DNA of 64,000 bases from Octopus vulgaris (GCA_951406725.2 OX597821.1:111972001-112036000); one strand, 5' to 3'; counted from the first letter of the stretch, positions 37,219 through 51,670 are shown. Made by a program: numbers and translations. Notes: generated from the letters alone by a model not told the origin.

Positions 37219-37431
37219 TCTATTTTCTTGTAGTTTAGGATTAACCGTAGGTTTCATCCGTTGCTACTGAGAGTTTTGATGCAGAGGGAAATCTCAGCTT
37301 TGAATAAATGAATAAATTTGGTGTTTTGAAATTCAGAATATTGTACATATGGTTAAATTGTAGAGAGACAGCGTAAAGAGACGAGGCCGACATAACATGA
37401 GAGGAATGAGACATGTGGACGCAGATATGAA

Positions 37432-37465
<34 letters not shown>

Positions 37466-37658
37466 CTAGAAAGAGAGAGAGAGAGTGAGAGAGAGAGAGA
37501 AAGTGAGAAGTTATAAATATACATACAACGGGAGATACGTAGATGCAGTAACATACTGTCACAAAGAGATCAATAAAGCGAAATATAAAAATGCACACAA
37601 ACACAAAGGTATCTACATATGCATATGTGAGCGAGTGAGTGAGTGTGTGTGTGTATAA

Positions 37659-37690
<32 letters not shown>

Positions 37691-37830
37691 GTGTGTGTGT
37701 GTATGTGTGTGTGTGTGTGTGTGTGTGTCAAAATACAAACAGGAGTTTGATTGGAAATAAAAGTACAAGAAGCTGTGTAAAGTACAATAAAGTCTACAGA
37801 AATCAGGCAAACATGTGAATATGTTTGTCC

Positions 37831-37869
<39 letters not shown>

Positions 37870-38020
37870 GGTGGGAAGAGAGCAGAGAGAAAGATGGGGG
37901 CAGATAAAAGGACAGATATGCAGATAAATAATAGATTGATGCACATATGTATAGGTAGACAGGAATGTATACGGAGAGAAAGACAAAAAGGTATAGAGAA
38001 GAATAGACACATAAATAGAC

Positions 38021-38062
<42 letters not shown>

Positions 38063-38279
38063 TCATCATCATCATCATATATATATATATAACACACATA
38101 GACAGCTTCTGTCAAACTGTCCAACCCATGCCAGCAGGGAAGGCAGAAGCTGAACGATGATGATGATAATATATATACATACAAACATACATATAGATGT
38201 ATGTATGTATATATATATATATATATATATATGGAGAGAGAGAGAGAGAGAGGAGGGATGGAGAAAGGCAAATAGGCAG

Positions 38280-38310
<31 letters not shown>

Positions 38311-38425
38311 CAGAGAGGTATATAGATAGAAGCACAAATGGGTATATAGATATAAAAATAGACAGGTATAGAAACAGAAAGAAAGATAAAATGATAGACA
38401 GAGATAGAGATACACAAATAGGTAG

Positions 38426-38463
<38 letters not shown>

Positions 38464-39511
38464 TAATCTAGAGCAAGTTGTGTACAAGAGAGAAATAGAG
38501 AGGGGTAAATAGATAAAGAGATAGATATAGGGAGAAAGAGAGACTGATGGCTTGATAGAGAGAGATAAGCAGAGAAAGAGAGAGAGAGAGAGAGAGTTAG
38601 AAGGTAAAAAGATGGATAGAAATGATTGGCAGAAGAAGATAGGGGTAGAATGGAAGGTTGGAAGGGAGGCAGGATATACAAGGATGAGGAGGAAAAAGAA
38701 CCACAAAAACATGCAAAATATATATATAGAAGATGAGGAAAGTACAAAGTACAAAAAATACCCTCCAAAAAAACAAAAAACACAACAGCAACCAAAAACA
38801 ACAAAAAAAATACAAAGAAAAAGAATGAAAAAGTGTTTGTTGGTAGCAGAAAGACAGATATTGCACCAATATGGTTAGATAACAACCATCATAATCAGTA
38901 AAGATAGTTTTTAAGGAAGATATGTTGTAGTAGCAGCAGCGGCAGCAGCAGTAGTAGTTGTAGTAGTTGTAGTAGTAGCAGCAGCAGCAACAGTAGCAGC
39001 AGTCACTGCTGCATTGTAAAAAGCAGCAACAGGAGCCTACTAGTTGGTAGTAGATATGGATGCAGCAACAGCAGCGATGGCGGCAGTGATAGAAGCAGCA
39101 GCAGCAACGGCAGCAGTAGTAGCAGCGGCAGCAGCAGCAATGACAAAGACAAACCAGTGGTGTTAAAGACTCGAAATAAGACTCGCAATGCAAAAGTAGT
39201 CGAGTCATTGATTTGTGAATAGGTTTGGTCTTCGATAAATACGAGAGAAAGAGAGAGAGGTAGAGAGGCAGAAGGAGAGAGAGAGAAGGAGAGGGAGAGA
39301 AGGAGAGGGAGGGTGAGAGGGAGAGAGAAGAAGGAGAGAAAGGGAGGGTGAGAGGGAGAGAGAAGAAGGAGAGAGAGGGAGGGTGAGAGGGAGAGAGAGA
39401 GGAGAAGAGAGAGAGAAGGAGAGAGAGGTGTCCTACTTTCCATAATGGTAGCGCCAACATGCAGTCGATGGCACAAATGCATTTTGTGCGCATGTATGCA
39501 TTTTTGAAATG

Positions 39512-39553
<42 letters not shown>

Positions 39554-39701
39554 AACACAGAGAGAGAAAGAGAAAGAAAGGAAGTAGGTAGGAGAAAGAA
39601 AGAAGGAGAGAGAGAAAGAGAAAGAGTATGAGATATATAGAACAGTAATAGAAATACTAAATATATACATATCTATATATATATGTATCTATCTATCTAT
39701 C

Positions 39702-39734
<33 letters not shown>

Positions 39735-40330
39735 ATGTGTGTGTGGATACCTAATTGCATATGTATGTATACGGATGCTGTATGCGTACGGATGCTGTGT
39801 GTGTGTGTGTGTGTGTGAATGCAAGTGGAAGACAGTTGTGTAAAGATGATGTGTTTTGATTGTGGACGTCCTTTTTTTGTTCGTTTGTTTTTGTTAGTTT
39901 TATTTATTTAAGCAGAGATTTTGTGGCTGTCTCTCCTCCATCTTTTCATGTGACACTGAAATATTCATATAGATACAAGTGCACACGTAAACACACACAC
40001 ACAATCATCATCACCACCACCACCATCATCATCAACGTCATCATCATCATCATCATCCTTTAATGTCTGGATTATGATGATGATGATGATGATATGTGCA
40101 TGTATGTTTGTGCACACGTATGCATATGTGTACATATACATCAATACATACATACACACACACAAATATATATATCTATATATACACATTTATGTATATA
40201 CATACACATATACATATGAATATGCATATATACAAATGCATGCATTTGTATATACGCATATTTATATGTAAGCTTTGTGATTGAATTCGGTAGGCGGAAG
40301 TTACTGCCGTGTGTGTAGGTGCTTGTGCCT

Positions 40331-40347
40331 CTCCGAAAGAGAGAGAG

Positions 40348-40413
<66 letters not shown>

Positions 40414-40443
40414 GCATATACACATATATATATATATACACAT

Positions 40444-40493
<50 letters not shown>

Positions 40494-40609
40494 GTATATA
40501 TACACATATACATATATATATATGTATATATACACATATACATATATATATACACACATATATATATATACACATACACATATATATATATACACACACA
40601 CACATATAT

Positions 40610-40670
<61 letters not shown>

Positions 40671-40703
40671 CATATATACACACACACACATATACATATA
40701 TAT

Positions 40704-40736
<33 letters not shown>

Positions 40737-40750
40737 CACATATATATGTA
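40331..40750. repeat. (TA)/(CA) microsatellite
   Basis: About 420-bp alternating tract. Confidence 0.95.
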
Positions 40751-40994
40751 CTGACATGGGCTATGGGAGGCACAGCCTATGACTGTTCTGTTCACCGTGG
40801 TCTCTCACCATCTCAGACAGAAAACAAAGCAACAATCATGTAACCAGTCAGTGGGGTCTACCACAAGGATTCCAACACAGTTTTTACAGCTGGGTGCCTT
40901 TCCTGTCACCAACCACTTTACATCAAATTAGAAAGGCTGTTCCCAAAACTGCTCAAATGCCCCCCCCTCCTCTTAGTCATTTGTTAACTATTGT

Positions 40995-41376
40995 TTGACC
41001 CCTAGCAATCAGACTACCCTATCAAAAGTAATGCTTGTTTATTTATATTGTTTTCAATTAATTATGCATTATCTTGTAGCTTTCCAAATTCCGCCAAAGT
41101 CGACTTTGCCTTTCATCCTTTCGAGGTCGATAAATTAAGTACCAGTTGTGTATTGGGGTCGATGTAATCGACTGGCACCCTGCCACCAAAAAATTTCAGG
41201 CCTTGTGCCTCGTGTAGAAAAGATTAACTTGTAGCTTTGAAAGGTCAATATAGTGATTGTTGCATTTTTAGAATGACATTGCAGGTTAGGTATGAAAGGT
41301 CAGATCTTGCTGGTTTGAACATAAACAAACAAAATATTCAGGTTGGATATGGCTGGTTTAACTGCTAAAGAGTTAG
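40995..41376 (+). mobile_element. piggyBac-type MITE family 2, decayed, hosting a SINE
   Basis: TTGA CCCCTAGCA ... TGCTAAAGAG TTAG degenerate TIR and TTAA ends; homologous to 37060 and 58455. Confidence 0.65.
41084..41227 (+). mobile_element. 5'-truncated SINE family B with 11-bp TSD
   Basis: TSD CTTGTAGCTTT at 41073-41083 and 41228-41238. Confidence 0.88.
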
Positions 41377-41880
41377 AATGATTATTTTTTTTAAATGGTT
41401 TTGTCTGTGGAGAACAGATTTATTTGTTTCTTTGTTCTCTTCATTTGTTTCTTTTTGTCTTCTTTTTCTCCCATTTCGGTTTGGCGTCTACAGAGGGATG
41501 CCTTTCCCACAACACATATTAAAGCCATTACTGGAGTGCTGCTTTTAGTTGAACAAATCAACCCCACGACTGATTCTTTGTAAGCCTAGTACTTATTCTA
41601 TCGCCCTCTCTTGCCGAACTGCTAAGTTACGAGGGACAGAAACACACTAACATTGGTTATCAAGCAATGGTGGGGGAACAAACACAGACGCACAAACATA
41701 CCCGCACACAAACACACACATATATATACAACCATGCCAGATCAGACTGGAGTCTGGCGCAGCCTTCCAGCGTGCCAGCCCAGTCAAACTGTCCAACCCA
41801 TGCCAGCATGGACAACGAATGTTAAATGATGATGATATATAGATATACATACACAAACATATATACATATACATATACAT

Positions 41881-41915
<35 letters not shown>

Positions 41916-42981
41916 CATATATACATATGTACATATATACATATATATACACATACAGATACACACATATACACACACACGTATGACACGAGATAGAGAG
42001 GGTGGAGAAAGAGAAGTGGAACCAAAATCAAGATGGAAGGAAGAATTTATGAATTTTTTTTTTTTGTGACATGCCACAAAGAAGAAAGAAAAGGAAGGAA
42101 AGAGAGAAAGAAAGAAAGAAAGAGAATGTTAGATTTTTTATTAGAATTTTGAAATATTTTATATTCTGAAATATCAGGCAGCCAGACAGACAGTAAATAT
42201 AAAGGCGATGGGGTGGCGTGGGGATGGGGTGGGAAAATGCCAGCAACATGGAGAGAGATGCAAGAAGATGAAGACGAGGATGAGGTTGGATGGATTGATT
42301 GATGTAGGGGTGGGCATTGGATTAAGCATGTTGTTTAATGAAATCAATTATATCATTTATGTATGTCTCTTTAGAAATGGTTTTATATTTTTTCCGTCTC
42401 CCAAAGAATTAACGAGAGAGAGAGAGGGTGGGGTGGGGTGGGGGTGGAATATGGTAACTTTACTGCATTTTTTTTCCCCTTCTTTACTGGTGCTATTATT
42501 GGTTAATATATTTTTGAAGTGTGTGTGTAGAATATCTGAGACAGATCAGTAAAGAATTAGCACGAGATCAAAGTATTATGGTAAACTCTGAACAAAAAAC
42601 ACTACCACTGCAGCCACCATCACCACCACCACCACAACCAACAACAACAACAGCAACACCACCACCATGACAACGGAGTAACAATGGCACCACCACCACC
42701 ACCACCACCACCACCACACAATTACCAGCAGAAGAGAACATCTTCAGCAACAGCAATACTACATCACCACCACCACCACCACTACTGCCACCTATACTAC
42801 TGCTATCACTGCATTACCATCATGGTGTGCCATCACTAGCAACACTGACGCTGCTACTTTGACCACAACCACCACATCTGCCACAAACAACGACATCACC
42901 ACCACCACCACCACCAGCAACAACAACAACAACAGCTATGCTACTGTTGCAACCCCCTACCAACACTACCACAACATACTA

Positions 42982-43199
42982 CCTATTTCTTTATTACCCA
43001 CAAGGGGCTAAACACAGAGGGGACAAACAAGGACAGACATAGGTATTAAGTCGATTACATCGACCCCAGTGCGTAACTGGTACTTAATTTATCGACCCCG
43101 AAAGGATGAAAGGCAAAGTCGACCTCGGTGGAATTTGAACTCACAACGTAATGCAGACGAAATACCGCTAAGCATTTCGCCCGGCGTGCTAACGTTTCT
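42982..43199 (-). mobile_element. SINE family B, young copy in a (CAC/TAC)n tract
   Basis: Near-identical to 31283-31503. Confidence 0.9.
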
Positions 43200-43419
43200 A
43201 CTACCACCACCACCATCACCACAGCATACCACACTACCACCACCACCACCACCACCACCACCACTGTCAATGCCATCATGGCTATAGGTTGTAAGAAGTT
43301 CATTTCTCAACTATTTCGTTTTCATTCAGTGGGGTTTGGTGCAACCCTCAGGCTTGCCAGCAACTGTCAAACAGTCCAACCCATAACAGCATGGAAGTCG
43401 TATGATGATAATGGCGACT

Positions 43420-43769
43420 AGATACGGTGAGGGTGACCCCCTTCGGTCATGAATAACCATGGGATTGCACTTAAAAAGTTACCCTCCAAGGCACAAGTCC
43501 GAGCAAGGTTATTTATGGAAGACCAGCAGTCACCCATGCATACTCGCCCCCGCTCTCTATGCCACCAATGTTATCCAAGGGAAAAGAAAAGGGGCTGATA
43601 CAGCTTGGCACCAGTGACATAAAAACTCATTTCTACAGCTGAGTGAACTGGAGCAATGTGAAATAAAGAGTCTTGTTCAAGAACACAACACGCAGTTCGG
43701 TCTGGGAATCGAACTCACAACCTCATGATCGTAAGGTCGATGCTCTAACCACTAAGCCATGTGCCTTCA
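43420..43769 (-). mobile_element. SINE with E-type tRNA head, CORE-like middle and distinct 3' tail
   Basis: Minus strand GAAGGCACATGGCTTAGTGGTTAGAGC...GTTCGATTCCCAGACC...GTGTTGTGTTCTTGAACAAGACTCTTTATTTCAC. Confidence 0.8.
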
Positions 43770-44571
43770 CGATGATATATAAGTATATATATACATATAA
43801 TCACATTTGCTTAAAATGGCTTATTGACGTGTTTTGTTTCTCTTTTTTCCCTGAGAAGATCGCATTGTTTTACATAATTCTATTCCCCAAGGAATAATAC
43901 CAATGTTTTCTTTGAAACATATGTTGGAAGTATAAAGATTTGAATAACACCTGCATCTAACTCCTTTTCTTAATCTATCTATGTAATACAAAAACATTTC
44001 ACTAAACCCTGGAACTTCTACCTTTATAAGTAGGCTGTAACATCCTTGGCACTTACGTGAATCTTTGGTACCCTGGTAACTATTTATTTATTTTTTCCAT
44101 ATTATTTGTACACATGGGAAAAATGCACATACATATATATATATATATACGATGGGATCCTTTCAGTTTCTGTCTACCAAATTCGTTTACAAGGCTTTGG
44201 TCAGCCCAAGGCTACAATAGAAGAGATTGCCCATGGTGCCAGCCAGAACAAAATGATTGGAAAGTAAGCTTCTTCCCACACAGCTATGCCTGCATATACA
44301 TACATATTATATATGCCTTTGTCTTCTGTTTTTCTGTAAATTTCAACTGTTATATATATGTATATATCATCACCATCATCATCTAGTGTTTTAAATCTGG
44401 GTTTTATCCCTGTTAATGGGGGTGGCTGGGTCTACCTCAATGGCATAGCAACTGCCCACTCACACCATCTCACCAGGTTTTGGGCACCCCCCTTTTTCAA
44501 ACCAACCCTCCCAACCTGCTCCCCCACATTGCCCCTCCACCTTTTCCTAAGTCTACCTACTATATATACAC

Positions 44572-44620
<49 letters not shown>

Positions 44621-44623
<3 letters not shown>

Positions 44624-44798
44624 TCATCATCGTTTAACGTCCGTTTTCCGCGCTAGCACGGGTTGGACGGTTTCGACCGGGGTCTGGGGAGCTAGGGACT
44701 GCCCCAGGCTCCAGTCTAGTCTGGCAGTGTTTCTACAGCTGGATGCCCTTCCTAACGCCAACCACTCCGCGAGTGTAGTGGGTGTTTTTTACGTGCCA

Positions 44799-44800
<2 letters not shown>
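44621..44800 (-). mobile_element. Family D element, young copy, inserted in (TA)n
   Basis: Near-identical to 36223-36410; CCATATATA on both flanks. Confidence 0.9.
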
Positions 44801-44832
<32 letters not shown>

Positions 44833-44860
44833 CCATATATATATATATACATATATACAC

Positions 44861-44893
<33 letters not shown>

Positions 44894-46048
44894 TATATGA
44901 TTGTTGTCCATTTTTTATGCAGAGTTTGACCCCCTCCTGTACCTACACTTTATGGCATCTGATGTGGCTTTTAAAACCAGGCAATGTTTTGAAAAGACAC
45001 CCACATAAATTGCATATATTGCCTTGCGCCACAAAGAGCTGCAGTTAAGCGCGCGTGCATGTGTGCGTGTGTGAAGAAAAAGTACATGATAGTCTGAAAA
45101 CATCTGCGATCATATGTCTGCTCAAACAAGGTTGACCTGGGGTTAAACAACAATACCATTAATATATGGAAATAATATGTATGTGTTGAAATGTAGATAT
45201 CGGGTTAATACTGAACTAAACAAGGTTCCATAAATTGTAAGTTCAAACCCTATCTTGAACCCTTTAGATGGATTATCTTAAGCTATTTAATCCACTTATC
45301 TGATCAGGATGTTTTAATTTATAAAGATAATGACCAATCAACAGAGACAATTAAGTTGCAATTGTTTTTACAAGAAAGTTTTAGAAATGTTGCTAATGAA
45401 CCTAGGAAGTAAGGTCAGTGGATAATATATGTCCCCCTGTCTGCCCATTTGTCCGTCCGTCTGTCCATCCATCCATCCATCTATTTCTCTGTCTATCTAT
45501 CATCACAGGCTTCTTTCAGTTTCTGTCTACTAAATCCACTTGTAAGGCTTTGGTCAACCCGAGGTCGTAGTAAAAGACATCTGTCCAAGGTGCCACGCAG
45601 TGAGACTGAACCCACAACCATGTGTGGGGACTGGCATGCCAAAGAATGAACTTAACGTTTCCTCTGTATGCTGTAAAAAGTGACTAGTCCGACCTTATAA
45701 AACCCTCACCAGCGACTGCCCAAAACACACCCATGGGTTGCTGGGTTGTCACCCGAGTGGGGCAAAGGTGCCATCCGTCAGCAATAAGTAGGGAATCACC
45801 TACAAATGATAGATGCAGCGACGTAGAGTTACAGTCCATACCACCATACTACTACTACTACTATTACCACCACCACTGCTGCTACTACTACTACTACTGC
45901 TTCTACAACATGTATTCATGACCACATGCATTTGTGCAAATGCATGTGCATAGGCATGTTTACGCGTCAGCTCATACATATAGATGTATGCGTGTATGTC
46001 TGTCTGTATGAGTCCATACTTTACCAGCACAAGAATGTGAATATATGC

Positions 46049-46084
<36 letters not shown>

Positions 46085-46751
46085 GTGTGTTTACTGAAAC
46101 ATTAAGCGATGTTCATTCTTAAACACATCTGTACATATGTGCGTGCGTGCGTATGTATGTATGAATGAACGAATGAATGCATGCATGTATGTATGTATGT
46201 ATACGTCCGTGCTTCAACGTGAGAGTGTGTAAGCAAATTTTGCGAATGCGTATGATCGTGTAGGCTCATACGAGCACAGCACAAAGACTGAAGCCAAACA
46301 GACCTTTTTCCAAGTACTGAAAGCTTAAAAAAAATAAACAAACAAACAAACCCTAAACAAAAAAATAAACAACAAAAAATATAAAACTAAAATTGAAGAA
46401 AAAACAACAACAACAACAACAAAAAAAGAGTTGTATTGTTTATTGTGTGAGTAATGTAAGAGAGTGAATGACGAGAGATTGTTGGTGTAGGATAAGTAGT
46501 TCGATAAATGTCCGATAGATCTGGATGTTATTAGTGTGTCGAAACATGTAGAAACCAGTATTGCTGGCCTGCAAAGGACGCAGTGTATTATTGTTGTTAT
46601 TATTATTATTATTATCATTATTATTATTGTTATTATTATTATTGTTATTATATATATATATACACAACATATGAGAGAGAGAGAGGTGAGGAGGATGTAG
46701 GAGTGTGTGTGTACATATACGTGAGTGTATATGTGTGTGTGTGTATGTATG

Positions 46752-46806
<55 letters not shown>

Positions 46807-47791
46807 ATATGTGTGTGTATGTGTCTGTATATATACATATGTGTGTATGTATATATATATATCTATATATATATATATGTATGTATATGTATAAATATAT
46901 ATATGTATATATATATAAATAAATAAATATATATATGTCTATATAGATATGTATGTATATATAAATAAATATATATTTATATATATATATATATAATATA
47001 CATGTGTATATATATGTACATGTGTATATATATGTGTGTGTGTATATATGTATATATATATATATATCTACATATATATGTATATATAAACATATATATA
47101 TATATATAATCTACACGAATTATTGAGTTTATTATTAGGAATTAAAACATGACTGTAGATCAAGTAGACACACACACGGACACATATGTAAGATTAGAGA
47201 TAGGGTGGGAGGGAGGGAGGGAGATGGTAAGAGAGAGAGAGAGAAATGGGGGGAAAATGAGGGAGAAGGTGGGGAGAAGTGAGGGAGGGGTGTTTATGCA
47301 CATTCAGTAATCACACAAAATCCTGACAGATGTAAAAATCTGAGTTTAGAAAAAGTATGGTTTCCATGACAATTGGAGTTTCCCCTCCCTTTTTTGCTTC
47401 ATCATTGTCCTTATTTTACTTATTTCATTATACAAATGCACACATACACACACACATTATAAACTCATATACACACTTAACCAGTATGAGTACATTGTAT
47501 AGATTATATATATATATATATACACACACACATATCGATATGTGTGCACGCGCGCACACATACATACCTACATACATACACACACACTTACACACATACA
47601 TACATACCTACACACATACATACATACATACATACATACATACACCCATACACTCACACATACATACATACACACACACATACACACCCACATACATACA
47701 CACACACACACATATATATATACACACATATCGATATGTCTACATATTTACTTATACACATACATAACCAAGTATATATACATATATACAT

Positions 47792-47830
<39 letters not shown>

Positions 47831-48382
47831 CATATACATATATATATGCATACAAACATGCACATATCCATACACACACATGCACATTCAAATGTAGATC
47901 TAGATGTAAGTAACGGTACATTTCAGATAGTGTTAAAAGAAAGCCACCTACAGGGTTTGAACCATACATCTATACATGGATACACACACACACACGCATA
48001 TTCTTTTGTTTGTTTCAGTCATTTGACTATGGCCATGCTGAAGCACTGCCTTTAGTTGTTGTCAGTGGCTTGGAGGGAAAAAAAAAGCACTCACATAGGA
48101 TGGTCTTCTTTCAGTTTCCATCCACCAAATCCACTCACAAGGCTTTGGTCAACCCGAGATTACAGTAGAAGACACTTGCTCAAGGTTTCCATGAAGAGGG
48201 ACTGAACCCAGAACCATGTAGTTGGGAAGCAAGCTTCTTACCATACAGGCATGCTTGAACCTATAACCACAGGTTACAGGTTCAGCCCCCATCGAGTTGC
48301 ACCTTGGAGAAGTGTCTTCTATGGCCTCAGGCCAAAGACTTGTGAGGGGATTTGGTTGACGGAAACTGAAAGAAGCCTGTCA

Positions 48383-48759
48383 TCTCTCTCTATATAAACG
48401 GCAGTTTGTCTGTGTGTGTGTCTGTCAGGTTGTACCCTCACCCTGACCACGGCTTTCAACCGATTCTGATGAAACTTGACACACACATAGCCCAATGTCA
48501 TAATTCAAAACTAACGCAGCGAAAATTTTGAAAAGTTCCCCCAGTTCTGAAAAAAATCGATAAATTCGACATGGGGTCGAGAATCAGAAACACAAACCAC
48601 AGACTGTCTAGGGGACGCAACTCGACCTTTTTTACTCTCAAAAAAAAATTTACCATCATTTTTTTCCCATTTTTTTGCTATTTTTTGGCTATAACTCTCT
48701 AAAAATGCTTTATAGTTATTTCCCTTACAAACCTGAGCAACGCCGGGCGATACTGCTAG
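48383..48759 (+). mobile_element. Non-autonomous Helitron
   Basis: Begins TC after A (48382) and ends CTAG before T (48760). Subterminal GC-rich hairpin CCTGAGC aac GCCGGG about 10 nt from the end. No TSD. Inserted at the end of a family A SINE module. Confidence 0.82.
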
Positions 48760-50082
48760 TATAATGATGATGATGATGACACACACACACACACACACAT
48801 ATAACTGGTGGAAGCTCATTATGTAAAATGCACTGGCAACGGTGCCACATAAAAAGCATCCAGTCTACTCTCTAAGACAAGTGGATCCTGGTGGAGCCCA
48901 TACAACCTATGCCAGCATTTAATGTCTGGTGTTCCTGTTGGCATGGGTTGGATGGTAGGGGTGGAGGCTGCACCAAACACCAGTCTGATTTGGCATGGTC
49001 TTTGTGTTTGTACTACACCACTGCTTGACACTTGGTGTTGGTTTGGTTACATCCCCCTAATATAGTGATTTGGCAAAACAACTGATAGAACAAGTATCAA
49101 AAGGCGACAGATACAATAAGTACAAAAAAACAAAAAAAAAAAATGGCCCCAGCATGGCCACAGTGCAATCAACGAAACAAGTTACAGGGATGTAAGCACA
49201 CCAACACCTGTGGTCAAGTGGTTTGGAGGAAAACAAAGATTCTCACATGCACACACATGTGATGGTCTTCTTTTAGTTTCCATCTGCCAAATCCACTTGC
49301 AAGGCTTTTGGTCAGCCCGAAATTATAGTAGAAGACACTTGCCCAAGGTTCCATGACGTGGGGCTGAACCCAGAACCATGTGGTTGGGAAGCAAGCTTCT
49401 TACCACACAGCCATGCTTAAACTTATATACATGTGCACACAACATGCATGCATACAGATGTGCAAATAGACGTGCATGTATGTTCTGCAATGGAACTTCC
49501 AGTCTATTATGGCAACTGAAGAACCCAGACAATGAATGGCAAAGGCAAAGGGGTGGGGCTGGAAACGAAGCGCCCCCCACCCCACCTCTACAACACACCT
49601 CAACCCTCCTGCTTCTTCCTATGAATTTTGTCTTTTGTTGTTGTTGTTATGGTAACAAGTGAGTCATGTTTCTATGTGTGTGTGTGTATATATAGTTGGG
49701 GACCAGTACAGCCAACAGTCAGCAATAAATAGCAAGGGAACAGTAGGGGATAATGGAGAGATAAGGGGACAAGGATAGGGAGGAAAAGAAAGAGAGGGAG
49801 GGAGGGAGGATATGTTTGTATAGATGGAGGGAGACAGAGTGAAACAGAATGAATGAAAGAGGGTGAGAAACAAAGAGAGAGTGAGGGAGAAAGAGAAGAG
49901 AAAGTGTAAAAGAAAGAGAGTGGGAGAGAAGGGGAGAAAGACAGAGAGTAACAAGTGATGTAGACTAGTAACTAGCCTTTACTTTGCTGTTATATAGGAG
50001 AGCCATGATTAAAGGCTTTTCAACCATGACCTTCCATATTTTTCAGGTTTAATGTAAACACACACACACACATGTATATATA

Positions 50083-50143
<61 letters not shown>

Positions 50144-50323
50144 AAATAAGCTTTTCTACAATAGGCTGAAGGCCTGAAATTTTGGGAAAGGAGATGACAA
50201 CCTCAATGGAATTTGAACTCAGAACCTAAACACAGACAAAATGCTGCTGAACATTTTGCTTGGTGTGCTCATGATTCTACCAGCTCACCGCCTTACATAT
50301 GATGAAATAATGACTAATATATT

Positions 50324-50359
<36 letters not shown>

Positions 50360-50689
50360 GATGTATATGGGTGTATATATATACAGATATATGTGTATGT
50401 ATGCATATACATATATACAAATGGCGGTGCCCCAGCATGGCCACAGCTCATGAGCTGAAACTGGAATCAATCATATGCATATATATTTTTTAATTGTTTT
50501 AGTCATTTGAATGCAGCCATGCTGGAGCACCACCTTTAGTCGAGCAAATTAACCCCAAGACGTATTCTTTATAAGCCTAGTATTTATTCTAATGGTCTCT
50601 TTTGCCAAACTGCTAAGTTATGGGACATCAACACAACAACATCAGTTGTCAAGCGATGAGAGGGAGACAAACACAGACACACAAACATA

Positions 50690-50748
<59 letters not shown>

Positions 50749-50794
50749 CATATGTATGTATGTATACATGTGTATATATATATATTATATATAT

Positions 50795-50842
<48 letters not shown>

Positions 50843-50856
50843 GTATGTATGTATAC

Positions 50857-50900
<44 letters not shown>

Positions 50901-50957
50901 TAGAATGAGATAAAAATCCAAGGCTGTGAAAGATTTCAGAACATTTATAGACAGAAG

Positions 50958-51005
50958 GTCTTACAGCTGTTTCCGGGATAATTTACATATCCTTTCATCG
51001 GAGAC
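50958..51005 (-). ncRNA. Type I hammerhead motif with CCGAUGA core, in a ~290-bp insert (50893-51180) within (TA)n
   Basis: Minus strand: GUCU CCGAUGA AA GGAUA uguaaau UAUCC CG GAAAC AGCU GUA AGAC. Palindromic ACAGCUGU stem III and GUA triplet. Confidence 0.72.
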
Positions 51006-51625
51006 GGTGTGAGAAGATGGTTAAGCAATAGTTGTTCTAGATAAGATATGAAATAGAGAGTGAAGTGGAGGAATGAAAATAGATGTGAGATATGCAGGGA
51101 TATTGTATCTTCAGTTCCATTATTTAGGCAGAATGGTATACATATAAGATTCCTGTACCTTGTGATTAAGTTCCAATAATATATATATATAAGCCCATTG
51201 TGTATATACATATATATATATATCTATATATATGATGGGCTTCTTTCAGTTTCCATCTACTAAATCCACTCATAAGGCTTTGGTCAGCCCGAAGCTATAG
51301 TAGAAGACACTTGCCTAAGGTGCCACACAGTGGGACTGAACTCGTAACCATGGGGTTGGTAAGCAAGCTGCTTACCACACAGCCACTCCTGCATATATAT
51401 ATATATATGTGTGTATGTATGTATGTGTGTGTGTACTCATATATATATGCTCTGTCAAGTGGTAGGCATTTGGAAGGGCACCTAGCCAGAGGAACCATGC
51501 CAAAACAAACAATAGAGCCTAGTGTAATCCTGCAACCTTACCAATTCCTGTCAAACTGCCCAACCCATGCCAGCAACGAAAGTGGGCATTAAATGAAATT
51601 ATGATGATGATATATACACACACAC

Positions 51626-51668
<43 letters not shown>

Positions 51669-51670
51669 TT

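Noticed and set aside
37570-39670. Long minus-strand ORFs (394, 257 and 357 aa)
   Set aside because: Open only because they cross (GA)n, (TA)n and (GCA/GTA)n tracts; translations are low-complexity with no domain.
46555-46590. miR-193-like sequence (TGCTGGCCTGCAAA)
   Set aside because: Seed differs from the miR-193 sequence I recall, and the local hairpin (about 11 pairs) is too short for a pre-miRNA.
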